Assembly (NCBI GenBank): GCA_964579265.1
Contig: CAZOFO010000003.1
Location: forward strand, 1-64,000
Direction of reading: 5' to 3'
From: Candidatus Micrarchaeota archaeon
GTDB lineage: Archaea; B1Sed10-29
DNA length: 64,000 bases
How positions within the stretch are numbered: the stretch's first letter is position 1; each line of letters begins with the position of its first letter. Below, in pieces: positions 19,784 to 28,814 of this stretch. A model generated the notes under the pieces. That model searched no databases. It saw only the letters and a program-made list of their open reading frames with translations, and was not told where the DNA came from. Made by a program: the position numbers and the translations under genes.

Positions 19784-19820
19784 ATAATTTTTTAAATATC
19801 TATAAATCTCCTTTTCTCCA

Positions 19821-21488
19821 CTACAATACTTTAAATACAGCTAAACAATTAGTTTCCTGGTCCTTCACTTCACAGCCTTCAGGATAATTGTAAACTTCTT
19901 CAAACCTATCATCCGAAGATAAATACTCTACAAATTCAATAGTATATGTGTCTCTAGTAGTTTCCTCATGAATAAAGCTACTTCTAATAATCAAGTAATC
20001 GACTCCTATAGTCTCAACTACATCATAAGACTTATCAAAATGAGTTAAAGCAATATCCATACCAGGATATTTATTACTAATGCTCTTCCTCCTACAGTGA
20101 TAATCAATCATATGATCCCAGTGATAAAAAACCACAGAATCCTCTTCTGTATTTTCTCTTACCCAATCACATCCTTCAAAAACCATTTCAGAAGGAGTTA
20201 AATCTCTTAAAGATTCAGTATGTCCATAAGAACCAACTAAAAACAACCCAAATACAGATAAAACAAATATAGATTTAAATAATATCTTCAATTTATCTTT
20301 AATTCTTTTTCTTCCTTTAATATAATCTACTAAGTTTCCTATTTTCCCGTAAATCTTTTCCAACGCAAAACCTCCGGCCATTGATAAAGGAGCCACTACA
20401 AATAAAGTATTTCTCGAAACACTACCAATATCTTTGTCCCAAATTAATAAATAAACAAAAAAGAAAGATATCAAAACCCATAGAACAGGTATAAGATACT
20501 TCTTCTTCCTTTCAAAGAAATATACAATGAATCCAAGGATTCCAATTAAAAAGATAGGTACGCTGTAAGCAAAACTTATATAATTAAACAACCCTTCTTC
20601 ATGTAAATTTCCCCTATGTCCTGTCATAACAGGTAGATCTACATCTATATCAGGTAATTCTTCTTCATAGCTACCTTCTTCCCTTAAATCAATTCCAAGA
20701 GGATTCAAAACTCTATGTGAATCAAAACCTAGTCCATTTCCTGCTCTATAATTATGAATTATCCAAGGACCCATCATGAACAGAGTAATAACTATTAAAA
20801 TACTGAAATCTTTGAAAAACTTATTTAAATCTTTCTTATAAACATAAAGAACTATTAAAAATACAAAAGGAATAACTAGAACATTTTGAGCAGTTAAAAC
20901 TGAAAAACCAAATAAAATACCGGTTGAAAATAAATAAAATCTTTTTTCCTCCTCTAAATAACTATAAAAGAAATAAAAAGACCCTATCAAAAACATCAAA
21001 GCCACAAGCTCAACATATATAAAAACAGTATGAGTTATCAAAGCAGGGATAGAAAGATACAAAGCCACTGAAAAAACCCCAGACTTTACAGAATGCATCT
21101 TCCTAACCAATAAAAATAATAAAAGAGCAGAAATAACTGAAACTATAGGCATAAACATCCTCATACCTACTTCACCAGCTATAGAGTAAGAAAAACCTAA
21201 CAAAATAAATAACATTGGTTCTCTAGTAAGAGGACGATCTCCTCTTATTTCAGTTTCTCCAAAAACAGTTCTAGAAAGTTCAAAACTCTCACCAAAATTT
21301 TCTGATCTTGTCAAATAAAATCCCTCATCTCCATAACCTAAAGGCTCGTACAAAGAAAATCTCAAAGTGATTAGAAAACTAGATAGTAAAATTAAACCTA
21401 GTAAAAAATACCATAAATAATCCTCCCTCTCAAAAATACCATAAATCCATCCTTGGTATTTATCTAAATCTGAAAAACCCAGACTCAT
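19821..21488 (-). CDS. GT-C fold glycosyltransferase (family 39/ArnT/PMT-like)
   Basis: Multi-TM; DEGFY loop motif; C-terminal WVRENT..DSVV...WD periplasmic domain. Confidence 0.8.
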   Translation of the reverse strand: MSLGFSDLDKYQGWIYGIFEREDYLWYFLLGLILLSSFLITLRFSLYEPLGYGDEGFYLTRSENFGESFELSRTVFGETEIRGDRPLTREPMLFILLGFSYSIAGEVGMRMFMPIVSVISALLLFLLVRKMHSVKSGVFSVALYLSIPALITHTVFIYVELVALMFLIGSFYFFYSYLEEEKRFYLFSTGILFGFSVLTAQNVLVIPFVFLIVLYVYKKDLNKFFKDFSILIVITLFMMGPWIIHNYRAGNGLGFDSHRVLNPLGIDLREEGSYEEELPDIDVDLPVMTGHRGNLHEEGLFNYISFAYSVPIFLIGILGFIVYFFERKKKYLIPVLWVLISFFFVYLLIWDKDIGSVSRNTLFVVAPLSMAGGFALEKIYGKIGNLVDYIKGRKRIKDKLKILFKSIFVLSVFGLFLVGSYGHTESLRDLTPSEMVFEGCDWVRENTEEDSVVFYHWDHMIDYHCRRKSISNKYPGMDIALTHFDKSYDVVETIGVDYLIIRSSFIHEETTRDTYTIEFVEYLSSDDRFEEVYNYPEGCEVKDQETNCLAVFKVL

Positions 21489-21677
21489 ATCACATCTAAA
21501 TATTACCAATTCCTCGTAATACTTAATTCTATCTAAAAACTTATTTTTACCTCGAAGATAATTAGATTAAAGTACTTGGAAACCCAAATTATTAAAGAAA
21601 ACTAATTAATAAAAAACTAACCAAAAAATTACAAGCAGTATTAATCAATATACTAAAAAACCCAAGAACCGATAAAG

Positions 21678-22670
21678 ATGAATATATACGAACAAGGAAG
21701 ATACAAAAAACTATTCATTATCCCAGTAGTTATGTTAGTAATTCTACTATTCTTCGCAACCCGTTTAACCTATGGAATGGATTTCCAAGGAGGAACAAGA
21801 ATAACATCACCTCTAGAAAATGATGTAGACGTAGCAGAAATGGAAATGGAAATAGGAGAAGAATTTAATTTAGTAGACGCTGATGTAAGAAAAACAGAAG
21901 GAGTGGAAAGAGTACTAATAGTCAGTTACGTAGGTAATAGAGACATTATGCAGATGGAAGAATTAATGGAAGAAGGAAATTACGAAGAAGTAATATCTAG
22001 AGCAAGAGAAATAACAGGAGAACTTGAATTAGAAGACCTAGAGGAAGAAGAAAGAGCACAAGAATATCTTTCAGCAGCCGAAGAAGAAATAAATTCACAA
22101 TTAACAAGCTATATATCTGAAAAAACAGGAGCTGAAGAAGGTGAAATGTCAATAGATTCTATAGGAGCAGCTATGGGAGCACAATTCCTAGATCAATCTA
22201 GAAACGCAATAATAGCAGCAGTGATATTCATATCAATACTAGTATTTTACTTCTTCAGAAAAATATTAGTTTCACTAGCAGTCTTCCAATCTCCTGTCTA
22301 CGACATCGTGTTCGGGCTAGGAGCAATGGGCCTATTCCAAATACCATTAACACTTGGAACAATAGCGGCTTTACTGATGGTCATAGGTTACTCAATAGAT
22401 TCCGACATAATGCTCACTATGAAGGTGCTGGAAAGCAAGGAAGGTACACCTGAAGAAAGAGCTAACAAAGCTCTAAAAACAGGTATAACAATGGCGGTAA
22501 CCACAATAACAGCACTATCAGCTCTCTTAATAGTTGCATACCTAACTCAAATAGAATTACTCGTCAGTATATCACTCATATTGGTCCTTGGATTAATCGG
22601 AGACGCAATAACAACCTGGTTCATAAACGCCCCGATAATGATATGGGAATCAAAAAGAACCAGTAAATAA
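21678..22670 (+). CDS. secF: Protein translocase subunit SecF
   Basis: GMDFQGGT; IAALLMVIGYSIDSDIML. Confidence 0.92.
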   Translation: MNIYEQGRYKKLFIIPVVMLVILLFFATRLTYGMDFQGGTRITSPLENDVDVAEMEMEIGEEFNLVDADVRKTEGVERVLIVSYVGNRDIMQMEELMEEGNYEEVISRAREITGELELEDLEEEERAQEYLSAAEEEINSQLTSYISEKTGAEEGEMSIDSIGAAMGAQFLDQSRNAIIAAVIFISILVFYFFRKILVSLAVFQSPVYDIVFGLGAMGLFQIPLTLGTIAALLMVIGYSIDSDIMLTMKVLESKEGTPEERANKALKTGITMAVTTITALSALLIVAYLTQIELLVSISLILVLGLIGDAITTWFINAPIMIWESKRTSK

Positions 22671-22688
22671 AAAATAAAGGAGATTCGG

Positions 22689-24242
22689 ATGAAAGAAACA
22701 TTTAAAAAATTAATCAAAACCAGGAGAATACAGATATTCATAATAGGAATCATATTGATAGGTATAGTACCCATACCTCTTAGAGAAATCGACCTAGGAA
22801 TGGACTTTAGAGGAGGAACTATGATAGACCTCAGACTGGATGAAGAAGTCGATTCCGCTACTATGTCAACCATGACACAGGTACTAGAAGAAAGAGTAGA
22901 TACTTACGGATTGAGAGACGTATCTGTAACACCACAAGGAAGAAGATATATCAGAGTAGAAGTGGCTGAAACAGATCCAGAAGCAATAGAAGCTCTAAGA
23001 CAGATAATAGGACAGCAAGGAAGCTTCGAAACTCTATACGATGGAGAAGTAATACTCCACGGTAGAGACGTAGTTGACGTCATAACCGACCCAGAACAAG
23101 GATACGGAGCAAGAGGAGGTCCAGAAACAGGATACAGATGGAGCGTACCCTTCAGAATTACTCCTGACGCAGCAAATTCATTTGCAGAATCAGTAGAAGG
23201 AGAATGCACCCCTACACCTGATGGACAAAGATGCCAAGAACTACTATACATGTTCATAGACAGACCACATAACTCCGTAGTCATAATGAATAATGAACTA
23301 TACGAAGAAGAAAGAGAAGTACCACAATCCCTGGAAAAAGAAGAAACACCAATGGGAGCAGTTGAAGGAGAAATAGAAATAGAAGAAATAATAAGAAACT
23401 CAGGATCCGAATTAATAGTAACCGAAGAAATAGACGAAGAAACCCTAAACAAAACCGAAAATAAAACAGTACTAATACCCCAGGATATGTTCAACCCTGA
23501 AGAAATACAAAATGCAGAAGAAGTAATAGAAGTACCATACACCGAAAATTACTGGATAGGAAACGCCCTAAACATAGAAACCATAGTACACCTCACCCCA
23601 GGGATAACTCGAGGAGAACCAGTAGACACACCAAGCATAACAGGAGGAGCAGAAACAGAAGAACAAGCATTCGAAGAAATAGAAAGAATAAGAATACTCC
23701 TAAGATCAGGAAGACTACCAGTAGGAGTACAAATAGAAAGAGAAGACAGAATGTCCCCCCTATTAGGAGAAAGATTCTTAGATTACTCTATAATGGCAGG
23801 TATAGCTGCATTAATAGCAGTATCCATGGTAGTTTCATTCAGATACAAGAAAAAGAAAATAGTTGCCCCGATGCTCATGACTAGTTTCTCAGAAGTACTG
23901 ATGACACTAGGAGCAGCAGCCTTAATAGGTTGGCAGCTTGATCTACCTGCAATAGCAGGAATAATAGCAGTAGTAGGTACAGGAGTCGATCACCAGATCA
24001 TTATGACTGAAGAAGCAATAGAAAAAGAATCAGATGAAGAAGAAAGCCTAGCAAGAAGAATAAAGAAAGCATTTTCCATAATACTAAGATCAGCAATGAC
24101 AACCATATTCGCGATGTTCCCACTACTATTCATGGGTCTAGGAGCTCTACAAGGATTCGCTATAACAACAATAATAGGAAGCATAATAGGAGTAACAATC
24201 TCAAGACCAGCTTACAGAGCTATAATAGATGAAATACTTTAA
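22689..24242 (+). CDS. secD: Protein translocase subunit SecD
   Basis: LGMDFRGGT, LRSGRLP, LDLPAIAGIIAVVGTGVDHQII, GFAITT. Confidence 0.93.
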   Translation: MKETFKKLIKTRRIQIFIIGIILIGIVPIPLREIDLGMDFRGGTMIDLRLDEEVDSATMSTMTQVLEERVDTYGLRDVSVTPQGRRYIRVEVAETDPEAIEALRQIIGQQGSFETLYDGEVILHGRDVVDVITDPEQGYGARGGPETGYRWSVPFRITPDAANSFAESVEGECTPTPDGQRCQELLYMFIDRPHNSVVIMNNELYEEEREVPQSLEKEETPMGAVEGEIEIEEIIRNSGSELIVTEEIDEETLNKTENKTVLIPQDMFNPEEIQNAEEVIEVPYTENYWIGNALNIETIVHLTPGITRGEPVDTPSITGGAETEEQAFEEIERIRILLRSGRLPVGVQIEREDRMSPLLGERFLDYSIMAGIAALIAVSMVVSFRYKKKKIVAPMLMTSFSEVLMTLGAAALIGWQLDLPAIAGIIAVVGTGVDHQIIMTEEAIEKESDEEESLARRIKKAFSIILRSAMTTIFAMFPLLFMGLGALQGFAITTIIGSIIGVTISRPAYRAIIDEIL

Positions 24243-24356
24243 AAACTAGAAAAATAAATCAAAATCTATCTTAGATTCTAATGCTGGGAAAAACCATATA
24301 AAAAACCAATCCCTTATTCAAATATCTAAAGCAAAAATACAGAAAAACTGATAGAA

Positions 24357-25109
24357 ATGCCAAAACTCGGGAGCCAAAAAGATCTTGAAAAAACGGATGA
24401 AGATACAATCGAAAGAATCCCAACAGGAGTACCTGGACTCGATAACCTGCTTGAAGGAGGATTTCCACATCCATCAACCATACTACTAACAGGTAATTCT
24501 GGAACAGGAAAAACAGTCCTAGGACTACAATACTTATACAATGGAGTAAAACAAGAAGATCAACCAGGAATATACTTATCCGTCCAGGCTCATCAAACAG
24601 ACGTTACCTGGTACTGTTCCAAATTCAATCTAGACATAGCAGAACTTCAAGAAGAAAGAGAACTAGTTGTAAGCAATTATGAAATACCTCAATACGAACA
24701 ATTTCATTCCAAAACAGCAGCAAGAGAAATAAATAAAAAACTAGGAAGAATAATAGACTCAGTAAACGCGAAAAGAATAGTTATAGATAGCATAACACCA
24801 TTTGGTTACCTATCAAACTCAAAAGCAGATTATAGAGAATTACTATATAAAATATCTCAAAAACTAAAAGAAGAAGAATGCACCACGATAATGATCTCTT
24901 CAGGATCACAAAAAGAAAAATTAACTCCTTTTGAAGTAGAACCTTACTTAGCTGATGGGGTTATAAAACTAAGTAAAGAAGAAAAAGGCAGAAAAAGAAA
25001 GAGAACATTACACATAAACAAGATGACAGCCACTAGAACACCTCTGGAAGATATTAACTTTAATCTGTCAGAGGAAGGATTCAAACTACTACCTTCCTAC
25101 TACGGGTAG
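24357..25109 (+). CDS. Single-domain KaiC/RAD55-like RecA-superfamily protein with degenerate catalytic motifs
   Basis: RIPTGVPGLDNLLEGG, GNSGTGKT, RIVIDS, ADGVIKL. Confidence 0.88.
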   Translation: MPKLGSQKDLEKTDEDTIERIPTGVPGLDNLLEGGFPHPSTILLTGNSGTGKTVLGLQYLYNGVKQEDQPGIYLSVQAHQTDVTWYCSKFNLDIAELQEERELVVSNYEIPQYEQFHSKTAAREINKKLGRIIDSVNAKRIVIDSITPFGYLSNSKADYRELLYKISQKLKEEECTTIMISSGSQKEKLTPFEVEPYLADGVIKLSKEEKGRKRKRTLHINKMTATRTPLEDINFNLSEEGFKLLPSYYG

Positions 25110-25205
25110 TACTCTTGAGAACCAATAAAGATAAAGAAACCAAAAATCAAATAAATAATACTTCCACATTATTTTAACCTGTAAGATAATAAAAACTATA
25201 CAGAT

Positions 25206-25278
25206 AGTCCTGTAGTCTAGCGGCCAAGGATGTAGGGCTTTGGACCCTAAGACGGCGGTTCGAATCCGCCCAGGACTA
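25206..25278 (+). tRNA. tRNA-Gln(TTG)
   Basis: Acceptor AGTCCTG/CAGGACT-A (A1:U72), TAGGG-CTTTGGA-CCCTA, GGCGG-TTCGAAT-CCGCC. Confidence 0.97.
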
Positions 25279-25285
25279 TATTTCT

Positions 25286-25777
25286 CTACCACGGTTCTTT
25301 TTTTAAACCCAGAGAATAACCGATAAAATTAGTTAACAAATGAATAATAGGAGTAAAAACCAATATAAGGACTAAAGCTTTAAGAGAAGGTAGTTTTAAA
25401 ATCGAACCCAAAACAATTGCTCCAAAAACAAAATCAAGCTGATCCAATAATGGGACTAAACCTCCTCTATTCACCCCTAATCTTCTTTTAAAGAAACTAG
25501 CAACTATATCTCCTGATAAAGCTCCAACGGAAGTAAAAAGACCTAACCAAACAAAGAGATTGTTACCTGTAACTAAAAAGATCATGATACCTATTATAAA
25601 TCCAAGAAGTATCCCTGAAAACGTTCCCCGTACTGTCTTACCATCTCCCAATATCCTCTTTCCATTATATTTCCTTCCTCCGTCTATTGGTCTTCCTCCT
25701 CCAAAAACAACTGCTGAAGAATTAGCAACATAAGCTGGAAATATGTAAAGGAAAGCCTCTATTAATATTTCTATCAT
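25286..25777 (-). CDS. carS: CDP-archaeol synthase
   Basis: PAYVAN, PIDGG, RILGDGKT, GDIVASFFKRR, LDQLDF, LGLKKEPW. Confidence 0.95.
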   Translation of the reverse strand: MIEILIEAFLYIFPAYVANSSAVVFGGGRPIDGGRKYNGKRILGDGKTVRGTFSGILLGFIIGIMIFLVTGNNLFVWLGLFTSVGALSGDIVASFFKRRLGVNRGGLVPLLDQLDFVFGAIVLGSILKLPSLKALVLILVFTPIIHLLTNFIGYSLGLKKEPW

Positions 25778-25828
25778 CAAACCACTTCTTATAGATTTAA
25801 TCTTTTTTTACTATAAATTATTGATGAT

Positions 25829-26518
25829 TCAAAGAAATATAATTAATAGATAGATTAACATCGCTGAAATGGCTCCACAAGTAGTTGCCAGGAAATTAGT
25901 AATAGTGTTACCTATTGCTCCTTTCCCCTCCAGCACAGCTCCGATGAAAGAGTCAGCAAAATTCCCTAAAATTCCTGAAAGTAATGCTACTGGAACCACT
26001 ATCCATCCTAATTCAAAGACTGAAATCAAACCTATTATTAATGCTCCTAACCCTCCTGCTAATGTACCTAAAAAAGTTATTCCTCCGTTTGTACCTGGTT
26101 CAACTTTTTTTAGATTAGTTATTAATCTAGGTTTTGATTTTGAAAGAACTCCTAATTCGGAAGATACAGTATCTGCCGTAGCAGTAGCAACGACTCCTAT
26201 GAACGCTATAAAACCTACTACTCCTCCTAGAAGAGCCATTAAAAGGCCGATACCTGCATTACCCATTACATTCCAAGCTCCTCTAGTTTTTTGCATTAAA
26301 TCAGATTCTTTTTTCTCATCTGATTTGATTCTTGTTACAACTGTTCCGATTAAGTAAAATGAAAAAAGTATTAGAAACCATGAAAAATTCTGTCTAATTA
26401 TAAGTATATATGAAAGAAAAATAGCTGAAAAAGCTCCTTTAATAGTTAAAGATCTTTTTTCAAGTCCGAATAGAGCTATAAATAGAGGTAAGGCGAATTT
26501 TATTAGGTTAAAAGACAT
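25829..26518 (-). CDS. DUF92/TMEM19 family membrane protein
   Basis: RGAWNVMGN, ATADTVSSELG, PRLIT, PGTNGGIT, DSFIGA. Confidence 0.92.
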   Translation of the reverse strand: MSFNLIKFALPLFIALFGLEKRSLTIKGAFSAIFLSYILIIRQNFSWFLILFSFYLIGTVVTRIKSDEKKESDLMQKTRGAWNVMGNAGIGLLMALLGGVVGFIAFIGVVATATADTVSSELGVLSKSKPRLITNLKKVEPGTNGGITFLGTLAGGLGALIIGLISVFELGWIVVPVALLSGILGNFADSFIGAVLEGKGAIGNTITNFLATTCGAISAMLIYLLIIFL

Positions 26519-26523
26519 TTTAG

Positions 26524-27105
26524 TTATTCTCCCTCTTCTACTTCACATTTAGTTATCTCGATTCTTTTTATAGGGGCTATTTCCTTTGCTTCTTTGAAAA
26601 GAGCTGTTGCTGTCTTACCAAATATCATTTTTTGAACAAGAGAATCAAAGTTGTTCTCTTTACTTTGTTTATGAAGTTCTTCACTCATTATCTTCCTTAT
26701 CTTTTTTTCTTTTGATGAGTGTAGTTTTCCAACGGTAAACGCGTAGACAGTGACATGTAGGTTTTTATCGTCTACTTCTATATCTTCTATTGTTTTTATA
26801 ACGCTTCTTCCTTTTCTTATATTCTTTCTTATGTAATCTCTTGTTACTTTGAAGCTTTTGATTTTTGTTCTTATGGTTTCTCCTTCTATACCTTCTATTT
26901 TGAATTTTATTTTTATGTTATTATGATTTCTTTTCCCTGTTAGGTCTCTTAGTGAAGTTTCTATTGTTCTTTCTTCTAATTCATCTGTTTCTATTGCTGG
27001 TGTTTCCCCTATACCTTTTTCTTCAAATATTTCAGGGGCTTCTATTTTGTACCATTCTTTGTCTTTCCATTTGTTGGCTTTTTTAGCTGTTTTTGCTTTT
27101 GGCAT
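26524..27105 (-). CDS. rps3ae: 30S ribosomal protein eS1 (S3Ae)
   Basis: KWKDKEWYKIEAP..F, IGETPA, IAPIKRIEITK. Confidence 0.95.
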   Translation of the reverse strand: MPKAKTAKKANKWKDKEWYKIEAPEIFEEKGIGETPAIETDELEERTIETSLRDLTGKRNHNNIKIKFKIEGIEGETIRTKIKSFKVTRDYIRKNIRKGRSVIKTIEDIEVDDKNLHVTVYAFTVGKLHSSKEKKIRKIMSEELHKQSKENNFDSLVQKMIFGKTATALFKEAKEIAPIKRIEITKCEVEEGE

Positions 27106-27112
27106 ATAATCA

Positions 27113-27571
27113 CTATTTTTCAACTAGTAGTTTTGCTTTTTCTGGGTCGTAGTACCAGTTATCTTCTAATTCTCCTTGTTTTTTATAGTATTTTGTTAGT
27201 CTTCTAATCTTTGATTCTATTAGTTTTAGATTTCTTTTGTTCTTTTTATCTTTATTGTGTTTTTCTAGGTGTTTTCTTACTTTTACTGCTTTTTCCATTA
27301 GGTTCATCAGGTCTTCTGGGTATTCTGATTCTTTTCCTTCTTTTTCAAGTATTTGAGTTATTTTTTCTCCTGTAACTGCTTTGACATCTGGTACTCCGTA
27401 TTCGTCTCTCAGTATTCTTCCAATATCGCTTGGATTTTTTCCTTCTTCTCTTAATTCTATTATTTTTTCTCTTATCTCTTTTTCGGATTGGTCAATCCAT
27501 GTTGGGGGTTCATCTGATGCGGGGGAGGTTGAACCTGATTTTCCCTTGTCTTTTGTGTGCATTCTTGTCAT
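27113..27571 (-). CDS. rps15: 30S ribosomal protein uS15
   Basis: RMHTKDKGKSGS, LRDEYGVP, PEDL, ESKIRRL..YY. Confidence 0.97.
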   Translation of the reverse strand: MTRMHTKDKGKSGSTSPASDEPPTWIDQSEKEIREKIIELREEGKNPSDIGRILRDEYGVPDVKAVTGEKITQILEKEGKESEYPEDLMNLMEKAVKVRKHLEKHNKDKKNKRNLKLIESKIRRLTKYYKKQGELEDNWYYDPEKAKLLVEK

Positions 27572-27702
27572 GGTTATCTCTATTTGTCATTTTATAAGTT
27601 GATTAAGTAGAATTTTTCTTTGAATTTAAATTTTAGTATTTTTTGCTTGTTTTTTGCTTTTTCTTCTCTTGCTCTGTATTCCTGTTATTTTATTGTGATT
27701 AA

Positions 27703-27715
27703 CCTGCTTTATAAA
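27703..27715 (-). promoter_or_regulatory. Putative TATA-box promoter of the uS15-eS1 operon
   Basis: TTTATAAAGCAGG; the identical 13-mer occurs upstream of uS13. Confidence 0.55.
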
Positions 27716-27726
27716 TTTGTCTTAAT

Positions 27727-28341
27727 CTATTGTTTTTCATCTTTTTCAGTGTATCTTCCTCTTTTTTCTATTTTTCTCATCTTGCTTAATATTCTTTTCT
27801 TATTGTATTCTTTTTTTAAGTTTTCCCATATTTCGTTAAATTCTTTCCAGTGTGTGCTTTTGAGCATTTTTTTGAATACTAGGAGATCCATTGCTTTGTC
27901 TTCTATTCTTTTTGTTTTTTCGGAGAGTCCGAAGTCTATGAAGTATAGTTCTTCTTCTTTTCTTATTATATTGGATGTTGTTAGGTCGTTGTGAACTATG
28001 TTTTCTTTATGTAGTTTTTTTATTAGTTTTCCTATTTCTTTTCCTATTTTTGAGGGTTTTTCTTTTCCTTTTTTTATTCTTTCTTTTATTGTTTCTCCTT
28101 CTATGTATTCCATTATTATATTGGATTTCTCTGTATCTACTTGGAATATGTAGGGTGTTTTCACTGCTTTTCGAGATCTTCTCATCATTTTGGATTCGTT
28201 GAGGGTTCTTCTTTTCTTTATTGTGTCGTCTAGTTCTTTTATTCTGTGTTTTTTTGGTTTTCTTTCTTTTTCTACTGTTTTGAATCCTAGGTAGTTATTT
28301 TTGTAGAGGGTTGCTTCTGCTCCTTTGTATATTATTTCCAT
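27727..28341 (-). CDS. bud32: KEOPS kinase/ATPase Bud32
   Basis: KGAEA, HNDLTTSN, IDFGLS, EDKAMDL, RGRY. Confidence 0.95.
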   Translation of the reverse strand: MEIIYKGAEATLYKNNYLGFKTVEKERKPKKHRIKELDDTIKKRRTLNESKMMRRSRKAVKTPYIFQVDTEKSNIIMEYIEGETIKERIKKGKEKPSKIGKEIGKLIKKLHKENIVHNDLTTSNIIRKEEELYFIDFGLSEKTKRIEDKAMDLLVFKKMLKSTHWKEFNEIWENLKKEYNKKRILSKMRKIEKRGRYTEKDEKQ

Positions 28342-28356
28342 TTTTTCACTTTTTTG

Positions 28357-28770
28357 CTAGAATAGTTTTTTTCCTACTCTTTTTATTCTTACTTCTGGGT
28401 TTGTTAATCTATCGCATTGTCTTTGAGTTTCTAATTCTATTTCAAAACTAGTTTTGTCGTCTGGTTCCTGGATGTTTTTTATAGTTTCAAATGTTTCTGC
28501 TGGTGGTTTTTCCGGTACTTCTTCTATTATTGCTTTTAGTTCTATCTCTTTTACTTCGTATTCGTATTCTATCTCTATTTCACCTGTAAAAGTAACTAGA
28601 CATCTGTTTTCACCGATTTCTTGTTTTTGGATTGGTTCTAGATGGTGTTCTACGTCTGGGTCTGTTCTAGCTACTTGTATTAAGTTTGAAATGATAGGGT
28701 AGGAGAGTACAATTACTACTGCTATTATTATTAAGGTTATTAATGTTTTGTGGCTGGTTCCTTTTTTCAT
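28357..28770 (-). CDS. Hypothetical protein with N-terminal membrane anchor
   Basis: 137 aa, N-terminal hydrophobic helix, A-rich codon usage like its neighbours. Confidence 0.7.
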   Translation of the reverse strand: MKKGTSHKTLITLIIIAVVIVLSYPIISNLIQVARTDPDVEHHLEPIQKQEIGENRCLVTFTGEIEIEYEYEVKEIELKAIIEEVPEKPPAETFETIKNIQEPDDKTSFEIELETQRQCDRLTNPEVRIKRVGKKLF

Positions 28771-28814
28771 TTTTTCGCCTCTGTTTTTATTTGTACTTCT
28801 TTATTTTTTATATT

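Noticed and set aside
19821..21488. GT39 gene as a mobile element or island
   Set aside because: There is no integrase, transposase or flanking repeat, and the compositional difference has an alternative strand-bias explanation (see findings).
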